This document shows, in pieces, positions 26,504 through 41,062 of a stretch of DNA of 64,000 nucleotides. Numbering within the stretch: position 1 is the first letter of the stretch; every line of letters starts with the position of its first letter. A model generated the notes under the pieces. That model was not told where the DNA came from, ran no database searches, and saw nothing but the letters and a program-made list of their open reading frames with translations. Source of the DNA: Euprymna scolopes. Taxonomy: Eukaryota. The translations under genes and the position numbers were made by a program. Where the stretch lies: the NCBI GenBank assembly GCA_053919585.1, contig CM132783.1; one strand, given 5' to 3'.

Positions 26504-26773
26504 NTGTTTAAGCACCCCACTCTTTGGGTAGAGAACTGTCATAAAACATCTCAGCGCTATTTAATTGGCTGAAAAAGTCGATGCTCGCTTGTAACCAGGC
26601 GGTTTGAGCACTGTAATAGTGATGGACGAATGTTCATGAAGGTCACTTACGGTCGATGCGGAGAACTGCCGTTTAAAAATGTGATCGTTCTAGGTTAAAT
26701 CCTCGGCTTGGGAGTGGGCTAGTCTGCATAACTGATGAGTTGAGATACAAGAAAATACTGTATATGGATGACT
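26504..26773 (+). mobile_element. Degenerate SINE/retrozyme-like element ending in a hammerhead-like motif
   Basis: GC-elevated island with B-box-like ggttaaatcc (~26692), followed by cataa-CTGATGA-GTTG-AGATA-CAA-GAAA-atactg-TA-tatgga (26727-26768). Confidence 0.5.
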
Positions 26774-26842
<69 letters not shown>

Positions 26843-26950
26843 ATTTACTTGCCATATTACTTACTATGTATATTTACTTGCCATATTACTATATATATAT
26901 ATATATATATATATAGTAATATGGCAAGTAAATTACACAGAACATATATA

Positions 26951-27013
<63 letters not shown>

Positions 27014-28049
27014 ATGTATGAATATTATCTTTATTTTATTTTAATTTCATTTTTTATTTATTTATTATGCTTTATTTATTTTTATGTTTTTTTGCACTAA
27101 GTATGGATAGAACACTGTTGAAATAAATACTGGGTATCTACACATAAAATATATCTTGCTATTTNNNNNNNNNNNNNNNNNNNNNNNNNNNNNNNNNNNN
27201 NNNNNNNNNNNNNNNNNNNNNNNNNNNNNNNNNNNNNNNNNNNNNNNNNNNNNNNNNNNNNNNNNNNNNNNNNNNNNNNNNNNNNNNNNNNNNNNNNNNN
27301 NNNNNNNNNNNNNNNNNNNNNNNNNAAATAACTTTTTAAAGAAACAAAAATATATTCTGTTAGAATTGCTAAATTCAAATCATACAAAAGAAATCAAGGA
27401 AGGTTAACAAAATACCCCATAAAAATATTGAAAAAATTATGCATTTAAAAAAATTGACAAATTACAATGCCAATTTGTAAACAAAATATTTACATCCCAC
27501 AAAGAAAAGCAATGGTAAAAACTGCCAAATTATTTAGGAAAATAATTGATTTTCGAAACTAATCAAAACAAATTTAAAACTATCATAAGATATATGGAAT
27601 TGTAATTAGGAATAGTATAAATTTTAGCACCATATATTTGAATAATCGATCTCATTTAAAACGAATGTACGTTTATAATGCAAACGTTGTGTTGCAGTAC
27701 GACACGAAATAGAAGGTGCACACAGTTTACTCCAAATCAAATATTACAGTTTCGATTATTAGATAAAATCTTTTAAAAAAAATGTGAGTGTATGTGATAA
27801 CTTAATGCCAGGTGTATTTTCCGATTACGCAATGGAAACATTTATGGTGTTTGTAATATGTAGATATTATTACTATGGAACTGTATGATTAAAGACGTGT
27901 ATTAATACTACTAATGTTTATTTAACTACTACAGCAACTATTACTATTAATATAATAATTATAAGTAACTAAATGTACTAGAACGGCCACACGTTACCGT
28001 TGCTGCATTTCTGGAGGAAAGTATTATACTGATTTGTAACTGAGAGATC

Positions 28050-28265
28050 ACGAACACATACACACACACACACACACACGCGCGCACACACACACATGCA
28101 AACTTACACGGAGGGGCAAACACACACACACAAAAAAAACAACAACTCACACGATAAAAAACACATACGCGCACATAAAATAATACACCAACACACAAAG
28201 AAACACACACAAACACACGAACACAAACGCAAGCACACACGGAATCAGACACCAAAAACACACAA
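28050..28265. repeat. Degenerate (CA)n/(ACAC)-rich simple repeat
   Basis: Direct reading. Confidence 0.85.
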
Positions 28266-28739
28266 AGGCAAGGATATTGTGAAGTACATAATATATCAAT
28301 TTACATTTATGGAAAAATTTTAGAGTAAATAATAATAAAATACAAAACAGCATAACAAAATACAATTAATTTAGTGCCCCATAGCAGACATGGTCGTCGA
28401 AAGCATGACAAAACCTCCAATGCGAACGAAGCTGGACAAGTTTCAAAAGTTTCTATTCGGTACGTAAACTGATACATCTCTGCTCTCACATATATTGATA
28501 TTTTGTAAAGAAAAAAAATAATATGCTAAGAGCAAGGTGGAGTTTAAAGTAAGTACGATAACTTTTATTATAGACCCTTTTATGATTACCTCTCTTTTAC
28601 ATTGTAATACCATAACCCCTGTTCTCCCCCCCGCTTTCTGTTCCTGTCTCAAATAAAATATATTTCTCTTAATACCCGTCACACACGTGTTCCTATAATC
28701 TTTCAAATATTCGCTCCAGTTCCCTTTCTCTTTTGTGTA

Positions 28740-29445
28740 TTACATTTTCACCCAAAACAAGATACATTACCACTTTGTTGCTGGGAGCTACTATCAGGGA
28801 TATAAGCATCAGCGGTACTGTGTAGGGTGTTGGGCAGCAAGATGTCGGTTCACGTTGCACTTGAAATTCTGCATGTAGGTACAGTCGGGGAAGCAGGGAT
28901 CCGGAAGGGAATTCCAAAGCCTAGCTGTTCTGGGGAAGAAACTACTGAAGTAGAAGGCTACGTCGAGGCGGTACAAGTGCTTGTAGATCCTCAGAGCATT
29001 CGCCGTTAATGTACTTGTAGAAACGGCAGAAGGATGCAACATTTCGTCGATGTGACAGAGGCTTAAATTTAGCTGACAGTTCAGGGCATATCTGATTGGC
29101 GACTCTCTTTTGAACCTTTACTAGGAGCGAGAGACTAGTGGCAGATGCACTAGCTTAAATATGAAAACAATACTCCATACATGGGCGAATGGTGACCTTA
29201 TAGAGGTATAGAGTACTTTCAGCCGTTAATAGCTTTCCAACACGGTAGAGAGAACCTACCTTCGCAGCGGTCCTGGCAATGTTCTTTATGTAATTGTACT
29301 AATGTTTCCTTTGAACGTTAGGCCTAGGAGTGTAAAATAGGTGTTTTCAGATAAAGAGTCATTGACCATTGCTATTGCCGGTAGGGAAGGTTTCTTTTAA
29401 TTATTGAAGGAAACAAGTTTAGTCTTGGCAGCATTGAAGGTGACC
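28740..29445 (-). mobile_element. CR1-group LINE family B, 3' fragment
   Basis: FYFSSFFPRTARLWNSLPDPCFP..NFKCNVNRHL (ORF 28809-29042), with VTFNAAKTKLV at the upstream end. Confidence 0.85.
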
Positions 29446-29679
29446 ATTTCACTGAAATTAAACTCGCAACAAACAGTAAAACGTTTTGGTATGCTTATGT
29501 GTGTGCAGAATTCTAATGTTCTAAGTAAATATTAATAAGTCATTTGAACCGTTTTATTAATGGAAAGTAGACAACGCAATGTGGATGCGCTATCGGCAGC
29601 TCTCGTTACTCTCGCTTCTCCCTATTTGTTCCTCAGTCCTCATTTCCAATGAGTGACTTTTCTGACAAAGGTGAAGAAA

Positions 29680-32600
29680 AATCTGCTTTCCAGGTCGGCA
29701 GTACTTTGTGAACAGTAGCCTGAGATGTTGAAAATGTTCTGGTTCTATGCCTATCCTTGTGGTCATGTCACAAGTTAGGGGGCTGCAGGTAAACGTTACA
29801 TCTGGACTAATATTATCCGCCTAATAGTCCGGGCCCAAAACTTGGATTAACTACTAATAATGCACTCCTATCACAAGGTGCAAAGTACTGGTTCTGCTGT
29901 ATTGCTATCTCGTGACTGGATTCTGGACCATGCAGTAGTGTCGGGTTGGGCCTTTCGATGCCATACTAGTGGGTACTTGTTACCTTATTATGTGCTGCAA
30001 AAAATAAATACAAACATATCCTGTATTTTTCGTTCTTACTTTCCCTCTCTGTCCTCCTCTTACTAAGTCTGCCAACCTCTTCAATAAATCTCAAATCCTA
30101 AACATTAAATATCTAAAAAAAACAAAAAACAAAAAGCACGAATAAACCTAGAACCCCATCCTCCAACGTAGACCCCTACTACCAAGTCTCCTTCTCCAAC
30201 ATGAGGGGTCTACGTTCCAAATTTCCAGAGCTTGAAATCCAATTACAGGAGACGAACTGCACATATTCTTCCTAAGCGAAACTGGCATAGGGCTGACCAC
30301 TTCCCTAGACGAGTTCATAATTAAATAGTTACTCTAACTTAACATCTAAATTTGCCCCCCATGATCGCAATGGGCATGGAATATGTCTCTGCAATGAAGT
30401 TTGCTTTCCGTGTTGCGTAGATATCTCGAGTGAAGACCATAATTTACCTTATATGTGCACTTGCTTACACTACTGCATGTATATTTGCCCTCTATCGCCC
30501 CCAGAACAGCGGAGTCTCTATATATAAGAGAATATATGAGAAAATGTACAACATCCTGCCTATTAAACTTTCGGCTAACATTTGCGGTGATTTCAATGCC
30601 AACGATATGAAATGGCTGACCAAGACAGCTGATGAAGGGATGTTCTGTCATGATTTCGCCATTGCCTATTACCTCACCAAGATTGTTCACGAACCCACCC
30701 GTGTGCACGATACTTCCGGTCAGTACGCTAGTCTTCTAGACATTTTCCTCACAAATCACCTGAGCTATGTTCATGTTCCATTCTGTCTCCTCTGGGATCT
30801 TCTGACTACTCGGGTGTATTAGTTAAGATAAACACGAAATGCAATAAGTCTCCAGACGTACCTCTCCACCATCCTGTATATCGATACTCTACGGCTGACT
30901 GGTATAGCTTCCGTACATTTATATCTGATCTACCCATGCATCCCATGTTTAAAAAGGATTTGTCCTCTATAGTATCAGACCTGACAGAATGGTTAATTTT
31001 AGGCATACGCCCATACATGCCATCACAAAATTCTAACGAAAACCTAAAAGCCAGCCATTGTTCTCCCCAGAATGTGCTGCTTCCCTCGCGCACAGAAATC
31101 ACTTCTATCCATAGCTACCAACATATAGATACACTGAGACTAAAGCTACTTTCAGGAGCGCTACCAACCACTGTAAAAGAATAATGGAAAATGCAAGAAA
31201 GTTATAAGCTCTTTCTGTTAAATCCAAAGTAGCCGAGCAGGATTTAGTTCCCACCAGTTTGGCAAATAGCAAACAGGATCCTAAACACAAGCATGCGTTC
31301 TCTCTTAACCATCAACAATAGTCTTTAGGAAGTCTCGTCAGCATCAGACAAGCCAAATTATTTGCAAAGAAATTTGCAGCTAATTCTACCCTATGCGACG
31401 AAGGGTATCAAATTGCCGTATTTCCTCCCATAACAGACACGCTATGCCACATGCAAATATCTGTGCGTGAGGTCGCCAAGCTAATCAAGGAGCTTGATTT
31501 TAGTAAAGCAACTGGCCCTGATTGCATTCCAATTATTGTTCTGAAAAAGCTTCAACTAGAACATGCGCCCATACTTACAAAACTGTATAAGCGTTGCCTT
31601 ACGAAGAAGTGCTCCCCAATTACCTGGAAACCCTCAGCTGTATGTCCTGTATTTAAGACTTCAGGAGATAAGCCGTCTCCCTCTCAGTACAGACCAATAC
31701 GTCTCCTGTGTGTCATCAGTAAGCTGCTGGAATCCATATTACATAAAGAAGTAGTCAACCACCTCAGCAGAAATAACCTTCTTAGTGGCATGCAATATGG
31801 TTTCCGTTCTGCCATATCTACAGCATATGGCGTAACGGTGATATCTCATAGGATTGATGAATCTATCGGCAAAGGCTAAATTTCTAGGCCAATTGCTCTT
31901 GACATATCAAAGATCTACGATAAGCTATGACATAACCGCCTACTTCACAAGATTTCAAGCTACGGTATGTCTGGACATGTTTTCTCAATTATTAAACCAT
32001 TTATCTCTGATAGACTCATGAAAGTAGTGGTTGATGGACATAAATCGCAGGCCCAGAGTATTATAGCTGGAGTCTCTCAGGGGTCCATCCTGGGCCCAAC
32101 TCTCTTCCTGATCTGCATCTATGATCTCCCAAAACACATAATTAAATCATTTTTGGCATCGATGCTGATGACACGACCATCTATGGCAACAGAAGAAAGA
32201 CCGTAAATTACAAAGTCCTCTCTGATTCTATCTCCTCTGATCTTCAGCGCTTGGTACAGTGGAGGAATCGTGGTTGGTTACGTTTAATGCATCTAAAACA
32301 AAGTTCATATATTTACATCATCTACAATCTGATCCCAATCTGGCATCAAATGAAATTAATGGCTTTAATCTAGGGGAATATCTATGTTTTGATAAGCTTC
32401 TGGGCTTGAGCTGTATTCGTGATCTGAAATGGAACACGTTGTCAGTTGCCAAGGTCGCTGGAAAATCGTAGGATCCTTCTACAACTCCAGAAGATATCTC
32501 ACTGCGGACGCAATTATCTATCTATATAAAGGCAAGTACGTCCAATGATGGAGTACTGCTGCCACATCTGGGCCAAACAGCCTATCCTGCCTTGACAGAG

Positions 32601-33068
32601 TACAAAATAAGATTCGTGTCTTAGTGGGGGATGCCCTTTTCTCCTCCCTGCAACCTCTCTCTCACAGAAGAGGCGTTGCGAACCTGTCTTTGTTTCATCG
32701 TTATTTCCAAGGCAAGTGCTCATTTGAGCTCCAATTTTTAGGCCCCCCTCGCCAGTCTTGCACCAAACCCTCTGTCTAACTGAAACCACTGTCAAAAGTT
32801 TTCCCCACTCTTTATATGTGCCAATACCAAAAGTGCACGCCTATTGAACTATGTTCTCTTTGCCTGTTTCACACCTAAATACAACCTGGGCTTCTTCAAG
32901 CCCAACATAAACAAATTCCTGATGAATAGCCCCCTTAAGTAAATACTTATCAAATTTCCATTGGTAATGATTACTACGACACAATCCCATTGATTTCGGC
33001 ACACGCAATGACCCTTATCACCGAGTGGTTTCGGGACCTTGATACGTGGTGACTGCCTTGTAAAAAAC
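29680..33068 (+). mobile_element. LINE family A, older full-length decayed copy
   Basis: Colinear with 9111-12539 from the 5' end (ctgctt..aggtcgg) to the tail (gtaaaaaa). Many stops and frameshifts. Confidence 0.9.
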
Positions 33069-36000
33069 ATGTAGTTACCTGTTTTAAGAAAAGAATCAAT
33101 GCTAACTGTAAATATTATTTTTTTTCAGGCATTGTATTCTTTACGCGTCTGATAATAGTTGCAAGTAAAAATTTAAAAATAAAACCGGAAAGTGAACTCC
33201 TCGTTTCAGAACAACCTAAAATAATAATACCCCAACACCAAAAAACATACTTCATTCTTTGGTTCGTAGAAACAAATAAAAATGCTAACTGTTAATTATC
33301 TTTGTACTCGGGATGTTTTTAGTTAGTTTTTTTTTTATGTTGACAATGTCTGAGTAGGAAACGGTAACGTAAAATTACTATTAGTAGCACTAAATATATT
33401 TTATAGGTTGTTTAATATTAATAAAACGATTGTTTCTTATAGAGAGGCACTCCATGTTTGTGACCAAATTTGTCTAAAAAACGGGTTCTAAACTTGCATA
33501 AATATTGGCCATCAATCTGACATAATAAATGTGTATGTGGCATATGTCGCTGCAAATCTATGATATTTTCGTCCAGAAACGGAATTTCTGCAATCATTTT
33601 ATTATATAGTTGATAATAACGTGTCTTCTTGTTGCCATATGGAAATAGGGATAATCTGTTCCCCTGTACATTACTCTTTAGGCATGCCCAAACCTTTAGC
33701 ACTGAAACCATAGTCATATCCCTAGCCTCTTCGCGGAACCTATACACTTAAATCGATGGGTAGGTGTTATTTACAGAATTCGGTGCATCAGCTGAAGAAC
33801 TGGCGCTTTAACACCAGTAACATTGAGTAGGTGGTGCTGGGCAGCTTTGCAAGGCCAACAATCTATGAGAAGAAAAACATTTTATTTCAAACCAGAAGAT
33901 TTTGTGTCTAGAGAAAAACATAGATGCTGTGGTGTAACCTAAAATGCACTTTATTTGATTCCAATGTGAATCAGATTATTCATACTAACAGTGTAAGAGG
34001 GCAGAAAATAAAACTATCTTGAAACAACAACGAGAGCCTACTCCTTATGCTGCAAATTCTAGAATGAATTAGAGTAATAAGGACATCATGGGCTGCTTCT
34101 TTAACATAAACCTTATGAAAATTAATAGTATTTTATACATCACACATGCGTTCGCTTGGCGAATGGAGAATTCGAAAACATCGCAGTCAACAAAACAACG
34201 CGTTTGGTAATGTTTAATAGCAATACGTACAGAGAATAAAGTGAAAAAAAATGCCGATTAGCGGCAGAATATAGAGGTAAATTATTGATGAGGTTAATTG
34301 TGGTAATAAGGTAACTGATAATACATTTCTGTAGAAGAACTTAAGAAGAGAGAGGCATAGTTGGATAAATGAATAAGATCAAGGTCAAAAGAGAAAGGGC
34401 GCGATGAAATCGGGTTTTAATAAACTAGACATCATGAGGAATGTACGGCAATCACAAATACAAATAAATTGATCATAGCAGGATATATTCAGATTACGAA
34501 AGCATTCGGAGTGAAAAGAGGTGAGCGCCAGATTAGAAAACAACGGAAGGGTAAAAGGATAATGGAACAAAAATCGATAAAAAATTGTAGCTTGCTTTAA
34601 AATAGGTTTTAAAAAATTGGGAGCCTATAAGACAGAGCAATTCGAACAGGCGAATAAAAAAAGATAAAGAATTATAAATGGTCTGGATGAAATGAAAAAA
34701 AAAACGAATCTTAACACAAACAGCAAAGTCAAAAATTATTAAGAAAAAAGTTAATCGATCAGATAGCATATGTTGTTAAAACTGGAACAGAAAAAAGTCT
34801 ACAAATGACGTAATAATCGCATTACGTAAATGAAATACAAAAATCCAAAGTGTTCACACTGTCAAAACTGCAGGATTGTAGAAAGGTCGCCATACTAAAA
34901 GTTGTTTTCTTATTTATACAACCTTGGTCTTTTGAAGACTAAGGTTAATCATAATTTCGTGTTGTTACGAGATTCAACCCATTACACCAAGTGATATTCT
35001 GGCTAGCTGTAGTCGTTGACCAGAAAAATTACAATATTACGCTTCATTAAGTCGTTCGTTATCTTTAAACATTCCCTTATGCGTTTCCAATGGGTAATGA
35101 TAAAATCAGTTAAACTCAGTGTATTTCTCCCGGTTATTTTTGATTAATAGCAGTAATATTTAATTTACAAAATAGGGGCAATGCTTCCAGACATGGCGTA
35201 ATGTTTTTAGCTTCAAAATATTCGAGCGATAATTGTAATATTTTACATGCTCTTCTATAATTGTTACTTTTTTGTACACCTAAATATATAGTCCATGTAA
35301 TACTTCATTTATGAATAAAGAAACTATTGCAACTTACTGAATAGTAAAGAATCATTACATAATAGTTCATTATATTGAATTATTTCTCTTTTTCATGGTC
35401 GTTTAGACTCAATTATTTGCCTAATTGATCTTAACATCGGACTATTATTAATAATTATACGACATTCTATTGTTTGCTATTTTTACTATGAATTTCCTAT
35501 TTTTTCTAATAAATCAATAGTGTTATTTAAACTTTGATTATTATAAATACATTTGGTTGCTGCATCGAGACATTGAAAAGATATTCAGTTGAAGCTTAAA
35601 TCGAAAACTTGTATTACTCCATTCGAGTATTAACTCTGGGTACGTAAATCGAGCAGTCTCACAATTAACATGTTCACTGTTGACTGTTTAAATATTCATA
35701 CATTACAAAATGTAGTCATGTCAAATTTTTAATATAGAATCTGAAATAAGCAGCATTTTACTTCATGTTATTGATTGCATATTATATACCCTTGCTTCTT
35801 AGCTGTTTGTCGAGTATAAAGTGTCGCATTCGTAAATATATTATATTCACATAATGTATTCCAACACCTTTCATCTATGCAGGTATTAATATGCTGAAAC
35901 GTGACAAACTGCCATTGTACTGGTGAAAATGTATATATCAACGCCAAAAGATCGCTGCATATTTTAATCTTTCAACTATACCTTTGCATAAATGCAACTT

Positions 36001-36163
36001 CATATTAATACACACATCCTTACTAAAACATCTTAAATTCTTAACAAATTATTGATTTGTAATCATCGGCTCTGAAAAGCACGTTTATGTAAAACATTTC
36101 GTGAATCTTGTAGTACTTTCAGTAGCACTGGTAACACTTAATGCCTAATATTTTTGTTCGGAA

Positions 36164-36230
<67 letters not shown>

Positions 36231-36249
36231 TCTATAATAATAACTTTAG

Positions 36250-39200
36250 TAATAATGAGCAAGAAATATCCCCCAATGAAATTTCACGTAGACAAACCCC
36301 ACAAGTTGAAGGTCCACAAGTAAAAACACGAATGGCGGAGAACCTACGGAGACCGAACTCTACAAACGTGGAAACACATAACAATGAAAGAGACATGACA
36401 GAGAATGAAGCCGATCAGATAAATAAAATAATACAGTTCATGAATGAGGGGAAAAAAGATCCGATCGTTAACGAATCAAGAGCAGAATACTTTAAAACGG
36501 AAACAGAGAATGTTAATGAGCTCCTTCTACACATCCCAACATATACACTCACATACTTAAACAACTTGATTTACCCAGGCGCCAAAATGGTATGTATGAA
36601 TTTCAAATCAGAAAATCCACCGGGGAAAAGTGAACCGACAAAACCTGGATTAAAAATGAGACTAGAAACTCAAATACACAACCATAAAAAAGAAATCGAA
36701 ATGATCAACAGGAGGAAAACAATGTGGATCAGATGGAATAGTGGAAAAGAGACTGGCATAGAGAAACTACACAAGAAATATTAAGAACTGGACCAAAAAT
36801 AAAATCAAAAGAAGCGAGATTAAGACGATATGATAATGTAAACAAAACAGTACACTTAAAAATAATGAAAGCCAATTCAACTAAAATGTGAACGGAAGAA
36901 AACGAAAACGGAACAACCAAACCCGACAGAACCAAAACTCTACTGGAGTAAAATATAGGAAGAACTACGAGATCACAATAGAAATATCAAATGGTTGAAA
37001 GCCATGAAGGAAGAATGACAACAAATAGAAGAATGATCAGTGAATGAAATCAGCCAGGAAACCCTAACGAAAACCATAGGAAAAATGGCAAACTGGAGGA
37101 ACAGGGCACGAGGGTATAGATGCATACTAGTTCCAAATATTTACAAACTTACACGAAAGTCTACCAGAAAACAGGGAGCAAGCGTGCCAGATTGGATGAC
37201 AAAAGGTAGAACTACACTACTAAAGAAAGACACAGAGAAAAGAAACAATCCCCGGAAACGATGGTCCGATCATGTGCTTACAAACTATGTTGAAAATACT
37301 CATTATGTTGAAAATACTCAAAGCGCAACTGATGGAACAAAGCTACCACTCCCTGATTAATTGTGGACTCCTCCCCGAGGAACAGAAAGGATGACAAAAA
37401 GGAAAAAAATAAGAACACATGATCTGCTCTTCCAAAGGAAGGAAAAAGGAAGGAGAAATCATTTAGCCATGCCATGGATCGACTACAAAAAAAGCGTACG
37501 ACAGGTTCACCCAAGCATGGATAATGGAATGCTAAAAAATGTATACAATACAAAGCGGAATCATCAACGTAATAGAAAATGCAATGAGAACATGGAGACT
37601 GGAACTGACAACTGATGGAGAACAGATAACAGAAATTAACATACAAAGAAGCATCTTCCAAGAAGACTCCCGATCACCATTACTGTTCATCATAGCCATA
37701 ATGTCTCTGAACAGTATTCTGAGAAAGTGCCAAGCCGGACAAAAATTCTGTAATACATATTAAAAATGCACCAGTTGTTGCACATGTACGATTAGAAACT
37801 TTTTCTAAGGATCGAAAAGGGGCTAGAGACACTACTTTACACTACCCAGTATTCAGCCAGGATATCAAATTGGAATTTGGAATGGATAAGTGCGCAGTAC
37901 TAGTTATAAGACAGGGAAAACTGGAAACGAGAGAATGCATGGAACTACCCAACCAAACAGAGATAAGTCCACTAGAAAACAAGACGACTATAAAAACTTG
38001 GAAATTCTGCAAGTAAGTTACCATCAAAAAAACAAAAATGAAAGAAAGAATTGGAAAGGAATACCTCAGGAGGACAAGAAAACTCCTGGAAACGAAATTG
38101 TATAAAATTATATTTTTATATATTATAAAAGGTATAAACAAATGGGCATTATCACTAGTAATGAACTCTAGACCGTTTATAGGGATGCCAAAAGATGAGC
38201 AAAATGAACACACTTGGACATGGATGCGAAAAGGGCATGTAAACCGAGAAACTGAATCATTTATAACTTCAGTACAAGATAATTCGATAAAAAACAACCA
38301 TATCAAAGCAAAGATCAGCAAAACACAAGAACCCAGCAAATGCAGACTCTGTGGACAAAAAGACGAAATGATAAATCATATAGTAAGTGAATGCAGCAAA
38401 CTGACCCAAAAGACATAAAAACAGGCACGAGCAAGTGGGGAGGGCAGTACACTGGGAAGTATCCAAACACCTGCATCACTAACGTACAGAAAAATGATAT
38501 AAACTGAAGCCCGAAACATTACTTGAAACTAGAACCACTACATCCTATCGGACATGGACATGCAGACGGATAAACCCATCCAAGTAAGAAGATAAGATGT
38601 CCTAATAATTAGCAATAAATAAAAATTATGTCAAATTATTGATTTTGCTATCCCAGATTACCACAGAATGAGTATGAAAGAAAAAGAAGAAACGGAGCAA
38701 ATACACAAAGCTAGCCAGAGACGTAAAATGGATTTGACGATGAAGACATTCAAAATAACATTTATACTATTAGATACACTAGAAACAATTCCGAAAAACT
38801 TTATAAAAAGAATGTGAGAAATTGGAATCAGAGTAATGTCTGCAAAGATACAACGAATAACGATAATTAAAACGACTGAAATCTTAAGGAAAACACTTGA
38901 AAGCGGAGAACAATGCACATGAACAACATGTGTGGGCCAAACAATGCATGTGACCAACATGTGTGAGCCAGACAAACTGCTGCAGAGGCAAAACAGGAAA
39001 ATGCCTCACAGAGAACATTGAAGCTGCATAACAACAAAATAAAAATCCAACTTACAAATTCCCTCCCATTGATTGATTAGCCGAGAAGTGTCAAGAAGGA
39101 TGGAAATACCGAAGAGAGAGCGATAACCAGATCTCAAATTCCAATGTACACCAATGGCCGCTACCAGCAAGAAATCATTGGTGAGAGCCTGTTGCGATAA

Positions 39201-39323
39201 CGCAAATTTACTTGCAAATGCTATCGAAGGAGGTGAAGAGTCTTGGTCGTCTGGGGAGACTTGTTTTTACTCAGCTTTCAGGGAACATTGCAGGTTCTTA
39301 ATCAGATTTTTGATGACTTGTAT
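36250..39323 (+). mobile_element. R4/Dong-clade (RLE) non-LTR retrotransposon, family C, decayed
   Basis: WMTKGRTTLLKKD, LAMPWIDYKK, IFQEDSRSPLLF, KEYLRRTRKLLETKL, ETESFITSVQD..CRLCGQKDEMINHIVSEC (CCHC) and IIDFAIP (RLE). It follows an (ATT)n/(AAT)n tract, and its 3' end runs into an N gap. Confidence 0.85.
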
Positions 39324-40984
39324 NNNNNNNNNNNNNNNNNNNNNNNNNNNNNNNNNNNNNNNNNNNNNNNNNNNNNNNNNNNNNNNNNNNNNNNNNNNNN
39401 NNNNNNNNNNNNNNNNNNNNNNNNNNNNNNNNNNNNNNNNNNNNNNNNNNNNNNNNNNNNNNNNNNNNNNNNNNNNNNNNNNNNNNNNNNNNNNNNNNNN
39501 NNNNNNNNNNNNNNNNNNNNNNNNNNNNNNNNNNNNNNNNNNNNNNNNNNNNNNNNNNNNNNNNNNNTGTATTGTACAGTTTGTTATCACGCAAGATTTT
39601 TACACCAAGAATCAATTAGATGGAAAACAACTAGGGCAAGCTGTTTGTTATGCGAAGAAAAACCGACTGCTAGAGTACTGCTGTGCCTTATTTCCAATGA
39701 GTTTATGTTGTTATTATTATTATTTTTCTTTATAGCGTGACCTGTTGAAATTCTAAAGGGGAGTTCTTTATGTGTAATATATTGTTGGTGGCATTCTGTA
39801 GATGCTCGGCGTAAATGGAGACGTTCTGATATTAGTGTAACGCTTTAGTCTAGAATGCAAATTATTTATCTACACAAAGAGGGATGCCCGGCATAGCCTG
39901 ATCGTAGGTTATGCTTAAATGTGATATTTTTATTTCTTACAGGTGTCATATATGTTATTATAGAGTTCCTGTTTTATCTATTTTGATATATTATAAAGTT
40001 ACGATTTCAAAGCAAACAAACAAACATAACTATATGGTGTAAGTGCATTAGCTTGAATCGAAACTTTGACAAAAAAACATATAATCAAATATATTAATAC
40101 CTCTCCATTCAAATAAATGCAACTTTGTCCCTTGCATCAATGATAGAAAAACTGGCCGAAAACATTCTACTCTGATTAAGTTGATAGCGTGTGTTTTTTT
40201 TGTTTTTGTTTTTTTTTTTTTTTTACATGACGTGGTCTCTGGGTACAAACTCCCCAATAACCTTCTCAATCTTTTCATTAATTGCAAAGAATATAAGAAT
40301 ACTTTCAAATTTACTTGATTTTCTTTTTTCTTTTTTTTTTCTTTTTTTTTTTGCATGGCGTGCTATGTCGGTTCAAACCCCGCACGTACATTTCTTTTTC
40401 CTTGTTTTCGTTAAATTGAAATAAATAAATATGAAATATATAATATGAAAGGGCAACGTTTGTTTAAAAGTATACACTTTTGTAGATCAGCCTAAAATTT
40501 TCGATAGAGGCAATATATTTTAACTATATCGGTATCGTTGTCGAGTTCGACCTGTTGGATTAATATATCAAAATATATACCAAAGACATAACTTCCTTCA
40601 CACTCAAGGTGACACTTTTCTACAGAGAGGGGTAATTTTTTCGGAAGTCAGTCCCCTTCCCGAGTTTTAGTTGTTTTTCTCTTTCCCGGTACGGATTTGA
40701 GCTTGCGTACCTACTACCGAATGTTTTTTTGTTTTTTTTTGGCTTAACACACTCCTTCAAACACCCGGGAAACGTCGGGCATCAAGGCTTGTAATTTTAT
40801 TATAAAAAACTCTAGATTTTCTAGATTGCAATGAAAAAAAAACATCTTTTTTACTAAGTCACTGCATGAAGGCATGTGAGGCGTCCTCCCTACAGATTTA
40901 AATATTTTCGATGACTATATAGATATTAGAGTGTGAAATATTCGTTGATCACCATTCTATTGCGGGCAACGTTGAATCTCCCTG

Positions 40985-41062
<78 letters not shown>

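Noticed and set aside
28420-28480. Minus-strand gaaacttgtccag resembling a minimal Penelope hammerhead 3' half
   Set aside because: The CUGANGA core is absent.
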